Source of the DNA: Rebecca billardiae RCC1528
Lineage: Eukaryota; Protista; Haptophyta
DNA length: 64,000 nucleotides
Assembly: GCA_965240325.2 (NCBI GenBank)
Contig: OZ251243.1
Span: 124,001-188,000, forward strand
Direction of reading: 5' to 3'
Shown: in pieces, positions 45,401-57,274 of the stretch
How the letters are laid out: each line of letters starts with the position of its first letter
Position numbering within the stretch: the stretch's first letter is position 1
Translations under genes and position numbers: made by a program
The notes under the pieces: generated by a model
Seen by the model: only the letters and a program-made list of their open reading frames with translations
Told to the model about the DNA's origin: nothing
The model's database searches: none

Positions 45401-45983
45401 GGCTTTGGGCTCGTTCGCTCATCAATCGAAGACCGCCAACCGATGCGGGTGCGCTGAAAATGCGATTCTTCGTATGTGAACAATTCCGCGGCTTTATTCT
45501 CGCGTAATTCTGGCGCTGGGGCTCAGGAACGCAGCGACTGCCGGCAGTGTAAAGTGAGTGGCTGCTGCTGGCAGCGCCGCAGCGCGGTCCAGAGGCTAGC
45601 GCCGTGCGGACGGCTGACCGAGTGAGAGGGCTGATGAGGCCACGAGGGTCCCAGGGTGGCGGTGCTGATGCTCTGCTGATGACGATTGACGAGAGTTGGG
45701 TGCCTGCTGCTGCTGCCGCTGCGCACGGTCGAACGAGCGGCCCTGTGCAAGCGAGCACGGGGCGGCAGTAACCGTCGACGCGCGTGCAGCCCAGCTGCGA
45801 CGCGCGAGCGCGCCACCCGAAACACCCGCCGGGCCGGCTTCAGCTGACGCGCCGCCGCACGCGCCACCACGGGGCGCGCACGCCGTGGCCGCGGCCGTGT
45901 GGCGTCGGCGGCGCGCCCCTCGGCTGCGCGGCGGCATGCTCCGGATCCAGCGCTCCGTGCCGCCCACTCGGCCCGGCTCCCCC

Positions 45984-47317
45984 TCACACCTTCTTGGTGA
46001 GTCCGGGCATGAGCTCCTCCTTCTTGGCCTGCACCCAGCCGAACACACTCATCAGGCCGCCCTGCGCGCGCCGGGGCCGGCCGCCCAGGCCAACCTGCGC
46101 AGCGCGGCGGAGCGTGGGCGCGCGTGCGTGCCGGGGCGCAGGGACATGAGCGGCCCCAAGCCGCGGCCCCGCCCCGCCCTCCCGCACGCCTGCGCGCCCG
46201 GACGGGTGGACGGCTGGGCAGATGCACGGCCGCACGGCCGCACGGCTGCGCGTGTGCGCGTGCGCGCGTGCGTGCGTGCGCGCGTGCGCGCGTGCGCGCG
46301 TGCGCGCGTGCGCGCGTGCGCGCGTGCGCGCGTGCGCGCGTGCCTCTGTGTAAGTCTCAGACGCACCGAGGTGCTGAGAGCCGCCCAGCCCGCTGCCCGC
46401 CTGCGGCAGCACGCTCTCGTTCACGGAGAGCGAGATGAAGAAGCCGAACGGCACCAGCCACGCGTTCAGCAGCAGGAAGCCCAGCACCTGCGCGCGCACA
46501 CACCGAGCACACGCGCGTGCACACGCACACGCGCGCATGCGCACACGCGCGTGACACACGCGCGCGTGTGTGTGCACACAGGCGCGAGGGGGGGCGGTTG
46601 GGGCGCGGTGGGAGGGCCGAGCATGCGCGGCGCGGAGAGAGCCGTGCCCTGCCCCCTGCCCCCGTCCGAACACCCCTCCCCATCGTCCCCGCGCGCCCCG
46701 CGTGTGCCCGGCCGCCAGCCGCGCACGGCCGCAGCCGCACCTTGGGCAGCGGGTGGTAGTCTGCGAGGAAGTGGCGGAGCCAGCCCCAGCTGCTGCCGAC
46801 GACCGCGGCGCACGAGCCCAGGAAGGCGGGCGAGGTGAGCTGGATGAACGGGAACGCGCGCAGCAGCTGGAAGTAGCACGCGTGCGCCGCCATCCCGCCC
46901 AGCACCAGCCGCAGCGGCAGGCGTTCAAACAGCAGCAGCAGCACGTGCTCGGCCTCGACCAGCACGATAGCCCAGTAGATCACGCGCTTGGTCAGCGAGG
47001 TGAACTCTTCGCAGAGCTCGGCGAGGTAGTACAAGCCGCATGCTGCACACCCGTCCGAGAGCGCGCGCGGTGCCGGGCCCTCAGCCGAGCGCGCGCGCGC
47101 ACGCGCGCGCGCGCGGTGTCCGGATGCGCGAGCTGCGGCGCGCACCGAGGCAGATGGCGACGAAGACGAGGAAGAGGTAGCCGGAGAGGTATGTTACTGC
47201 GGTTACGATCAGTCCCTGCGCGCCGCACACGCCGCGCGCGCGCGCGAGCGGGCAGCACCGCGCCTCAGCTCGACGCCGCGCCGCGGTTGACGCCCGCGCG
47301 CGTGCCGCGGCCACCAT
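45984..47317 (-). CDS. TEX261: TEX261/Svp26 (Erv26) ER-Golgi transmembrane adaptor, about 209 aa, 5 exons
   Basis: Exons: ATG only (47317-47315), 47215-47146, 47042-46741, 46487-46344 and 46094-45984 (last intron GC-AG). Motifs ACGLYYLAELCEEFT, FPFIQLTSPAF, WLVPFGFFISLSVNESVLP. Confidence 0.9.
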
Positions 47318-47440
47318 CGTGCGGAAAAGTCTACTTCCTGCACTCACCCAAGCACCTCTCGCGGGCAGGTTTGCGCGCAGTTGGTTACAGGTGCCCCACT
47401 GTGGCGTCGTGGACGTGGGCGCTCACAGAGCGCGCGCGCG

Positions 47441-48261
47441 ATGCCGGACACGACCAACGTCGTGCACGTCGAGGCGCGGCTGCGCGAGACGATCACGCGC
47501 GAGGAGCGCCGCACCACCCGCTGGCAGCACGAGTTTGGCAACACTCTCGGCACGGACGCGGGCTACAAGCCAAGCCGCATCTGGCGGCCGGATGAGCTGG
47601 GGCCGCAGATCGTGCAGTTCAAGAAGCGCGTGCCGAAGAGCGTGCGCGCGCGCGCGCGCGGCGCGGCGGCGTGCCGTCTGGGCTGTCGACCCTCGCCTGA
47701 AGCGCCCACGCCGCCTCGCGCGCCGCGCGCACGCCGGCCGTGCTCACCACGCGCACCGCCGCGCGCCGGGCCGGCCGCTGCTCGCGTCGCGCGCGCCCGC
47801 AGATGCACGACCACACGACGACGATCGTGCAGGGCCCGCGGTACGAGTGGGCGCAGCCGCACTCGACCGTCCCGGCCCTGTGCCGCTCCGAGCTCATGCA
47901 GCGGCGCAAGCTCGAGCTCGCCGCGTCGACCGACGCGGCGATCACGGGCGGCGTTGCACTCCGCATCGACCGGCCCACGTTCGGTGCCAACGAGGTGTAC
48001 AACTCGTGCGCGTCGTCGGGGGTGATCGGGCAGGCGGCGCCGTACGCGCTGCCGGTGCGGCCGGCGTACGGGCTCACCTCGTGGGCCGTCGGCCCGGGCA
48101 CCGCCCTCGACTGCAAGAACGACGCCACGCAGTTCATGTTCAGCGCGCGGACGAGCGGTGGGATGGGCCGCGCCCTCTCCACGCGGCCGGGCGAGCTGCC
48201 GCCGCCCGCGCCGCTGCTCGCGAGGGCAGGCGACGGGCCGCTGGCGCCGGGACCGCGATGA
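47441..48261 (+). CDS. Hypothetical protein (219 aa, 2 exons); N-terminus resembles ciliary microtubule-inner proteins (FAM183/LLC1-like)
   Basis: Exons 47441-47641 and 47803-48261 (GT-AG) join in frame; NVVHVEARLRETITREERRTTRWQHEFG. The family call is weak and from memory. Confidence 0.6.
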
Positions 48262-48728
48262 GGGCGAGGCGCGGCGCAGCGCCACCGGCCTGCTCCGCCG
48301 TGCCGGCCAGAGCCGCAGTGCGCCGTGAGCAAAAGGGATCGAGCATGGCACCGTGCCGTGTGACGGCATCGGATGATCGGATCATCCGACTGACCCGGGG
48401 CTCAGCTATCGGCTATGCAGATGACACTGACGATCACGATGGCGCGTATGCGTAGTCGAGCTGCACGCGCATATGATGTGGCGCGCGCGCTCTACTGTCG
48501 ATCGTCGCGATGATTTAATTATATATATATATATATATTGCGCGCTGATGATATATATATATTTATTTATTTATTATTATTTAGACGATAGGTATATTAT
48601 TGGTGCTGCGACGGCGGATATCGACTGCTATCGAGCGCAATTCGAGCATGGGCGGTCGGCTCCGCGCCGCCTCATCATAGTCATCGATCACTCCTCAGCG
48701 TCCTCAGCCGATCGCCTCGTCCCACGCC

Positions 48729-51700
48729 CTACTCGTCTGCCGCCGCGCCGGGCAGCCTTGCGCGCTCGCCCAGCTGCTGCGTGTACCGGCTCATCTCCAC
48801 CAGCACCGTGTTGAGCTCGGCGCGCGCCAGCTCGAACTGCACGCCCAGGTAGAAGGGCGCGCTGCCGTCCGCAGCCGTGCACGGGTGCAGCGACAGGAGG
48901 TTCCAGAAGCCCACGCCCGCTGCGGGCGCGGCGCGGCCGGGGCGGCGCGCGGCGTGCGCGCAGGGTGAGCGCCGCGCATCGCAGCGGGCGCGCACGCGCG
49001 CGCGCAGCCCACGCCACGCGCACCCCCGCCCTCGCCCTGCTGCGCTCACCGCGCGTCTCGTTGTACAGGTGCACGCGGCAGCTGCGCCGCTCCGCGATGC
49101 TCAGCTTGAGCAGCTGCACGCTCGACGGGTCGGTGCACTCGGTCTGCAGGAAGCGGCAGTTGCGCCCGATGCAGTCGGCGGCGCGGTACCCGCACGTGTC
49201 CTGCGCCGCGCGGCGCAGGGCGGGCGCAGCGCGCGAGCGCTCGAGTGAGCGCGCGCCGGCCGCCGCGGTCACGCGCGCCCGCGCGCGCGCGCGGTGCGCT
49301 GCAAGAGCGCTCGCGCCAGACACGCGCGCAGCACGCGCGGCGGCGCCCCCGAGCCCTCCCTCCCGCACCACGCGCGCGCGCAGGCGTGCGTGCGTGTGCC
49401 CTGGCTGGGGCTGGGGCGGGCTGGGGCTCGGCCGCCGGGCGGGGGCGGGCTGGCTGCTGCTGGGGCTACGGTGCTGAGTGCCGGGGGCGCCCTGGCCGGC
49501 GCGCGCTCACGCCACCGCGGTGCGGTGCGCGGCCACACATGCACACACGCACGCGCACGCCGCCCGCTCCGCCCGCGCTCGCTGCTCACCAGGAACCCCT
49601 CTGAGATGTGGACCAACGGCTGGTCCGGCAGTTGCATGGCGGACACGACGACGGCAAAGCCGCGGCACTCGAGCAGCGTGCGCACCAGTAGCAGCTGCAG
49701 CGCGCCCGCCGCCTCCGCCTCGTCCGCGACGGCGGCGGAGAGCACGTCGGGCGTGGCGTCGACGTGGGGCACGCCCGCGGGCGGCAGCGCGGCCGCTGCG
49801 CCGAGCGCGCGCGCTTCGAGCTCTGCCGGCAGCGGGCCCATGGGCCTTGGCACGCCCAGCAGCTGAGGCCGGCCGTGCAGCAGGCGCGCGCGCGCCGGCG
49901 CGGCCGCGGCGCCCTTCGCGCCGCCGCGCGCGGCCGCCGCCTCCGCCGCCTCGTCCGCGCCCAGCCGTGTGCGCGCGTCAGAGTGCGCAGAGAGCTCCGA
50001 GCTGCGGCGCGGCGAGATGGCGGAGGCGGTGGGCCGCTCTGGCGAGCTGGCTGCAGAGCTGCTCGTCGCGGCGCGCGGCCCGCCGGCCGCCGGTGGCAGC
50101 GGCCCCGCCCCCTCGCCCTCGCCCTGCGGCCACAGCGCCTCCTCCGGCGAGAAGCTGAGCTCGAGGTGCGCCACCGCGTACAGCTGGCCCGCCTCGAGCG
50201 TGCGCCGCAGGTGCTCCACCCGCTGGCAGCCGACCAGCTCCGCCAAGGCGAACGAGTGCGCGTCCTCCGGGTCGGGCGCGGTGGCCATCGCCTCGGCGGC
50301 GGCGGCGGCGGCGAGCACGCTGCGCCGGCGCCACGCGCCCAGCAGGCGCTCGCTCGGCTCCACGCGCGAGACGGCGCACAGGCTGACGAACGGCCGCCCC
50401 CCCTTGGCGTACTGCACGAGCAGCACGCGCGACGACGGCCCGGCGGCGCGCGACGCGGCGGCGCACAGCTGCCCCTCGGCCGCGGCGGAGGTGAGAGGCC
50501 CGCTGAGCAGACGGACGCCGGCGGGCGCGGCGCAGAGCTCCGAGGCGCTGTACCCGCTGATCGCCTCCAGCGCGCGGTTGGCGTACACGAAGGTCGGCGG
50601 CGACGCCGAGCCGTCGAGCAGGCTGAAGCCGTCGCCGCACTGCGAGTCAAACAGCCGCAGGGCCACGGCCTCGGCCAGCGCGCCGCACGCGGGCGGCGGC
50701 AGCTCGCGCAGGCGGAGCGCGGCGGCGGCGGCGGCGGCGGTGCCGAGGGCGGCGGGGGCGTTCGCGCCGTCGGGCGCGCGCGCGAGCCGCGTGATCTGCG
50801 CGCGCAGCCCGGCCTCGTCGAAGAAGAACGCGTGGCGCACGATGCGGCCTGACGAGATGCTGTCGATGGTCACGCCGCTGCTGAGCACGGGCGCGCCGGT
50901 GGGCACGAGGGTGAGCGGCGCGCCGTCGTAGTCGAGAGTCGTGTACGCGCCCGTGTGCGTGCCGCGCAGCACCCAGTGCGTCGTCACCACCGCGTCGTCC
51001 GCCGAGATCTCCTGCGAGAGCGTCTGCATGCTCAGGTCCGGGAACGCCGTCCGGAAGCGCTGCATCCGCCGCGCATAGCCCTCCAGCCCGCCCAAGCCGC
51101 CGCCGCGCTCGGCGCCGCGCTCGGCGCCGCGCTCGGCGCCGCGCGCGCGCGCGCCGTCGTGGCTGTCGTCGCGCCCCGCGCCCGACGCGCCGAGTGACAG
51201 CGCCGCGGCCGACGCGGACTCCTGGAAGAGCGCGTCCGGCGCGAAGAAGCGCAGCAGCCTGGACGCGTGGAGCGGCGTGGCGCCGCCGCCAAACACGCAC
51301 GCGTCGCGCGCGCGCACGAGCCGCCTGCAGCGCTCGCCTTCGGAGCGGTCCTCCGCACTCACGCACAGCCGTAGCTCGGCGGACGCGGACGCGGCGTCCG
51401 ACGAGGCGGCGCCGCCCGCCGCGTGCGCCGGCGGCCCGGTCGTGATCGCGTCGGGCGACCAGAAGCTCAGCCGCAGGTAACGCACCGAGCCGAGCTCGTC
51501 GTCGTCCTCGACGTCGTCGTCGCCCGCGCCGCCGCCGCCCGCCGCCGCCGCCGCCTCGGCCGCGTCGGCCGCCTCGGCCATGCGCACGAGGGCGGGCTTG
51601 GGCGTGGACGCGCCGCGCACGCCGACGAGCAGCGTGGCGAGCGGCGCCGCGGCGCTCGACGAGCGCCGCGCCCGGCGCCGCGCCGGCCGCCGCTGCGGCG

Positions 51701-53087
51701 GCGCGACTGCGTCGGCGGTGCCGCCGGCCGCGCGCTCGGCGGCGAGCGCGATCGCTTCGCGCAGCCGCGGCGCGTCCGCCGGCTCGAGGCCCGGGAGCTC
51801 GCACACGTCGCTGCCGACGAGGGTGGAGAGCGCGCCCGCCGTGTCGAAGCCGAGCAGCGCCTCGAGCTCGATCGACGCGCGGCTCACCACCGCGCGCGCC
51901 GCCGAGGCTGCCGCAGCCGACTCCGCCGCCGCCGCGCCCGCGCCGCCGCCCGCGCCGCCGCCCGCGCCGCCAGTCCGGACGATCAGCTCGAGCCACAGCC
52001 CGTCCTGCGGCCCGCGGTCCCGCGCCGGCCTGCGCGCCGCCGCCTTGGGCGAGAGGTACCGCTGGAAGCCGCGCTCGAGCTCGACCATCTTCTCCTGGTG
52101 CTGCTGCGCGAGCTTGCGCCCGGCGTGCGGAGAGAGGCTGGTCGAGGGCGGCACGGGCGGCGGCGCCGCCTTGCGCTCGAGCGCCTCCCAGTCGACGCGC
52201 GCGAAGAAGGGGTGGGCGGTGATGCTGCGGAGCCCCTTCTGCGGCCCGCCGAGCCGCGCGCGCGGGTCCACCGTCAGCAGCCCGCGGATCAGCCCCTGCA
52301 GATCGGCGGACAGCCACCACGGCATCTCGAACTCCGCGGCACCCACGAGCGCGGTCAGCTCGTTGAGCGAGCGCGCCATGAACGGCGGCTCGCCCGTGCT
52401 CAGCTCGTAGAGGAGGCAGCCCAGCGCCCACCAGTCGGCGCACTGCGTGTACGGCCGGCCGCACAGCGCCTCGGGCGCCATGTACACCGGCGTGCCGCAC
52501 GTCGTCGTCGTGGTGAACTGCTCGGCGGGCTTGTCGCTCGCGCCCGGCGGCACGATCCGCTTCGCAAGCCCAAAGTCTGTGAGGAGGAGGTGGCCGTCGA
52601 TGCCGACCATCACGTTCTCGGGCTTGAGGTCGCGGTACACGATGCCCGCGGCGTGCACGTGCGCCAGCGCGAGCACCACCTCCGCCGCGCACGCGCACAC
52701 CGTCGGCTCGTCCAGCTTGTGCTGCCGGTCGAGCAGCGCGTGCAGGTCGCCGCCGCCCGCGTAGTCGAGGATCATGTAGAGGTGGGCCTCGTCCTGGAAG
52801 GCGTAGTGCAGCGAGACGACGAACGGGTGGCGCATCGACTGGAGCAGCTCGTTCTCCGCGATCGCCTGCGCGATCGACGTCTCGCCCTTGGTGACGATGT
52901 GGTTCTTCTCGATGCACTTCATCGCGTACACCGACTCGTCCGCGCGGTGGCGCACAGAGAGCACGCGGCCAAAGGCGCCGGAGCCCGCCACGCCCACGAC
53001 CTCAAAGTCCTCGCGGCGCACCTCGTGCGCCCCCGCCGCGCCGTCGCCCGTCGCGGAAGCCGGCTGCGCGGTGCTGGGAGAGCCCAT
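48729..53087 (-). CDS. AGC-family Ser/Thr kinase - SnoaL-like - degenerate PAS/LOV - canonical LOV protein (about 1279 aa, 3 exons); candidate blue-light receptor kinase
   Basis: Exons 53087-49590, 49200-49050 and 48919-48729 (GTGAGC donors, CAG acceptors) join in frame. Kinase GSGAFG, YAMK, YRDLKPEN, DFG, TCGTPVYMAPE. SnoaL-like FRTAFPDL..HWVLRGTHTG..PTG. LOV PDQPLVHISEGFL|DTCGY..IGRNCRFLQ..LYNETR|AGVGFWNLLSLHP..YLGVQ. Confidence 0.9.
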
Positions 53088-55057
53088 CGAGTTCACGCGC
53101 GGATCGACGCACTGATTGTCGTCCCAGAGACGGGCAGGCGGCAGCTCGAGGAGCCTCCTGACTTGATGCGCGCATCGGCCCCGCGCAAAGTGCCGCCCCA
53201 AGATTTCTACTTTTATGGGTGGTAGGGAGGCGGGAATCTCAGGCTGCGGCGGAAGTTATGATAGACCGTCGCAACTTGGCCGCTCCACCACAAAAACCAG
53301 TTGTGGAATGATCGCGCAGCCTGGAAGGTCGCATAAAAGAATTGTCCGCGGCCCGCCATTGGCTGAGCAAAATACCTGTTGGTATAACCCCCACTGCATT
53401 GAGTGCGCCATTGACGAGTCCCCCAAACCCAGTTAGCGCTGTGTGATATTAATCTGTTTGGTACCCATCATATACCGCTGCACAATCATCGTCATAGAAC
53501 CCGCTTTCGTCGATGGAGATTAATACTCATGTCGATGAGGAGTACGATGAGTTGAGAGTCCCATACCCAGTATCCAGCCGCGCGGCCGCGATGAATCTGC
53601 CGCTCCTGGGCAGGATGCCGTCAGCACAGCAGGACGCGCTCCATCCACGATGCGTTGGAGGTCGGGTAGTCATACCCCTGGCCGACACACACCCTTACCG
53701 CTCTGCGCATGGGGAACCCATGCTCGCAGAGCGGCCGGGGCGAATCTCAGGGGCCTGAGGCGGTCCCGGACGCGCGCCCCGCGGCCACGCCTGAGGGTGC
53801 GGGCGGGCTCTTCCGGATCATGTTGGTGAGCTCTCCGCCATCGGGGCGCGCTTCATTGCGCCGCCTCGCCTCGCGTACGGCGTTCCCGTCGTGCTCGCAC
53901 TGACAAGGCTGAGCAGAGCGTAGAGTGCCATCATGATTGCATTCGGTTCCAACTTGCTCGCCAGCCACTTCCAGCCAGGTGCGCGCGGCTTGGGAATTAG
54001 TTCCGTGTGCCCGGGGCCCGGGCTCGTCGTGACACCGGCATGCCGATCCCTCCCCAGCCGAGATGTCAGAGCGCGTGCGCACAGGCAGTCACAGGCAGTG
54101 CGCACTGGTAGCCAAGTGGACGCGTGTGAGCGACGACAAGCCACCACAAGAAAACGGCCGCATCCATGATCCAACCTTCTCACATACCGCCACCAGACCA
54201 CCGTCCTCCACCGCGCAGAATGCGTCTGAGCCCGCCCATTCCCGCCCATAACGAGTTACAGCGGCTCGATTGTGAGGCGGGTGCACGGGCGGCTGGTGAA
54301 AGCGAGCCCCGTGCGGACGGCGAGAGAGACGCGCGTGCATAGACCTGATGCGGGAGTGCCCGAACAACGTGAAGGTGCGTCCATCTTGCAAGCGCGCGAC
54401 CGGTCCGACTCACCGCGCCACGCCAAACGAGCACCACGCGTGTCGCCCCCCAGCGCCGGCCACGCGTCCCGAGGCGCTGCCATGTTTCGTCACGGGCCCG
54501 ATCTCTGAGGTTAGCCCCGGCCGCTCTGCGAGCGTGGTTCCACCACGCGCACGGTGAGCTGGCCGGGTGTGCCGCTCATCGGACCAGGTCATACCCCGGC
54601 ATGGCGGCATGCCCAGCGGCGCTCTTACCCCGACCTGGCATGCCATTCTCGCCTGTCCCCGATCCATTGCCCACGCGTTGGCGCTCGGCTGTGGGTCGTC
54701 GACGATCATCCAGGCACCACCTAACTTATTCCGAAACCGCTACTATAGTACTACTGCAGAGTCGTCGGCGCGCCGCGCGCCGCAGCTGCATCCTGACACG
54801 GTCCGGAGTGCGGCACAGCATGACTCATGAGACTGAGTGCCGTCCACTTAGGCGCCCGTGTGCTGAGGGGCACCTTCGGATCGCGCGAGCAGTGCCATGG
54901 CACATTGGCGGGTCCGAGACAGAGGCTCCCTGCGCGGCAGCCGGGTCAATACTACCAGCGCGACCGCCGAATCGAACTCCTTGACCGGCCGCGCGCGTAT
55001 TATATATATATATATATAAGCAGTTTGATTTATATATAATTATATATAATATATATA

Positions 55058-55475
55058 GCGCGCTAGGCGGCGCGCTCACTCTCCAAGCCCCTCTTCTGCA
55101 GCTGCGCGCCGCTTGGCCGGCGCGCGGCGACGCGCACTACGACCTCATCCTCATCCAGGCGCCCACGCGGGCGCACGGGGGCGACAGCCGCGGCTGCCGC
55201 TTGCCGGAGCTGCTCGCCGCTAGGTCGGCGGGCGGCGACATCGACTACGACCTCACCCTCATCCAAGTGCTCCGGAAGGCGCTCGGCCGCGGCGGCATCT
55301 GCCGTCGCCGCCGTGTGCCCGGCAGGCCGAGGCGGTGCTCCATCCCGGCCCCGCTCCCGTAGGGGGGCAGGGCTGCGGGTGGCGCACTGTCTGACCTGGT
55401 CGGAAGGCGCGGACGCATTCTATGTGTCTGTTGCACTCTGAGCCTGACGCTTGTCCGATGCTGCCACGTCGTTAA
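55058..55475 (-). mobile_element. About 420-bp dispersed repeat flanked on both sides by (TA)n; longer copy of the 42222-42380 repeat
   Basis: TA tracts at about 54998-55057 and 55476-55500; shared sequence with 42222-42374; internal direct duplication with about a 100-bp period. Confidence 0.65.
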
Positions 55476-56203
55476 ATATATATATATATATAATAATATA
55501 AGTTCTTTCTGCGTCGATCGCGGCGTCATCGCGAATACCAGTTATACTTATTTTGATCGACTACTTTAGTGAGGTCGGAAGGGTCGGTGCTACGACGTTT
55601 CGCCACCTCTTCGCCGCCGTGTGTCCATCATCCTTATCCATGCGGGATGGCACCTGCTCGGCGCCGAGTCCCGCTGGCCGCCCCGAGGTACCGTGAGGTC
55701 AGTGCCACGCCCGGCCCCGGCCCGAGTCCCGAAGGCGGGCGCCGAGCGAAGTGGCGGGGCCCCGGCGGCGGATCCGCGCCGCGGAGTGCGGCGCAGATGC
55801 GTACGGCGCCGGTGTGCGGATGAGCCACCCAGAGCAGCTGCAGACGATCACCCTTGCGTCACATCATCTGATCATCATCTTCTTGGGCCTGAGTGCCCAT
55901 CCGCGGATGACCGAGCCGCCGGGGGCGTAGTGGCGTTCCGGAGCAGCTCCACGGGTCAAATCGACACCAGTGTCGAGTCGGAGGCTCGGAGCCGCCGGGC
56001 CGGCCACAAGACATGCCGGACTGCGCGATGTGGCTGCCAGCCGGCGCGGGCAGAGGTCGCCGCCCGTGAGCCGCGTGCAGAACCACGCTGCGCCCACTGA
56101 TCGGCATCCGGCGCCACACTGCCGCTGCCCGCCGAGCCGGCAGAGACGGGGTGCGGTGGACTCAAAAACGCTGCGGCGTGTGAGCGGTCGTGGGTGGGCC
56201 GCG

Positions 56204-57274
56204 TCACCGCGCGCCGAGCGCTCCGGCCGAGCCCGAGCCCGGCACGCTGCTCGTGCCCGGCGGCGCGCCGAGGTTGCCCGAGAGCGCCTGGCGCAGGAAC
56301 TCGATCTGCTCGCGCAGCAGCCCGTTCTCGGTCTGCAGCACCGTGTTGTGCTGGGAGAGCGAGACGTTCTGCCGGCGCAGCTCCTCGAGCTCGTGCTCGA
56401 CGGCCTCGATGGTCATGCGCTTGCGCTGGCGGTACCCCTTCGCCGCGAGCTTGTTCCGCTCGCGCCGCATCGCCGTCGACTTGTCCACGAACCCGCCGGT
56501 CGCCGGGTCGAACTCCGAGCCGGTGTCGGACGTGTGGAAGCCCTCGCGCCGAGGGCCGTCGCCGCGGAAGGACGGGAGCGCGCCGCGCTCGGCGTGCGCG
56601 GCGAGGCCGCCGATGCTGCCACCCGCGCCGCCGCCGTTGTACGACGAGGGCAGCGATTCCACGTCGTCCTGGTCCGAGCCGTTCCCGCCCAGCCGCGGCG
56701 GGCCCGCCGCCTTGGCCGCGGCGGCGACCGCCGCGCGCAGGTCGACCGCCGCGTCCGCGGGCGCGGGCGGCGCGGGGGCCTGGTGCGGCAGGTGGCCGGC
56801 CGCGGCGGCGTGCGGGAACGCGCCCGGGAACTGACCGAGCGTGGTGAGCGAGTGCTGCCGCTGCAGCAGCGTCACGTACTCGCCGACGATCTGCGACGCG
56901 AGCGGCTCCATCGCCATCGCCTTGGCCATGATTGTGTGGATCACGGACGAGATCACGTCGCGGTACTCCTTGTTGACCGGGCCCTCGCCGAGGACGACGT
57001 GCTGCCACATGTTGGCGCGCGTCTGCTCCTCGCGCGCGAGCAGCTCGCCCAGGTCGACGAACGAGTTCGCCTTGAGCTTGTCCACGGCGACGCGCGCCTC
57101 GCGCGCCATCTGCTCGTCGAGCGCCGTCGCCTCGCGCTCAAACTGCGCGCGGTCGGCGGCCATCTGGGCCTCGCCGATGGCCTCGTTCACGTCGAGCAGG
57201 CACTGCTGGAGCTCGTCCACCGAGATCATCGCGTTCGCCTCCATCACCTCCGAGCCGTGGTGGCGCGACGTCAT
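56204..57274 (-). CDS. bZIP transcription factor (356 aa, intronless)
   Basis: Basic region RRERNKLAAKGYRQRKR followed by a leucine heptad repeat (IEAVEHELEELRRQNVSLSQHNTVLQTENGLLREQIEFL). Confidence 0.92.
   Translation of the reverse strand: MTSRHHGSEVMEANAMISVDELQQCLLDVNEAIGEAQMAADRAQFEREATALDEQMAREARVAVDKLKANSFVDLGELLAREEQTRANMWQHVVLGEGPVNKEYRDVISSVIHTIMAKAMAMEPLASQIVGEYVTLLQRQHSLTTLGQFPGAFPHAAAAGHLPHQAPAPPAPADAAVDLRAAVAAAAKAAGPPRLGGNGSDQDDVESLPSSYNGGGAGGSIGGLAAHAERGALPSFRGDGPRREGFHTSDTGSEFDPATGGFVDKSTAMRRERNKLAAKGYRQRKRMTIEAVEHELEELRRQNVSLSQHNTVLQTENGLLREQIEFLRQALSGNLGAPPGTSSVPGSGSAGALGAR

Noticed and set aside
42600-45900. Several 150-260-aa ORFs in the lower-GC intergenic region (similarly 35200-36200, 53200-55000, 61000-62600)
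   Set aside because: No GC3 bias like the real genes and no recognisable domains; decayed TEs or pseudogenes cannot be excluded without a search.
48729-57274. A spliced aureochrome (bZIP joined to LOV)
   Set aside because: The bZIP ORF has its own stop at 56204, and the first part of the LOV domain is in the same exon as the kinase.
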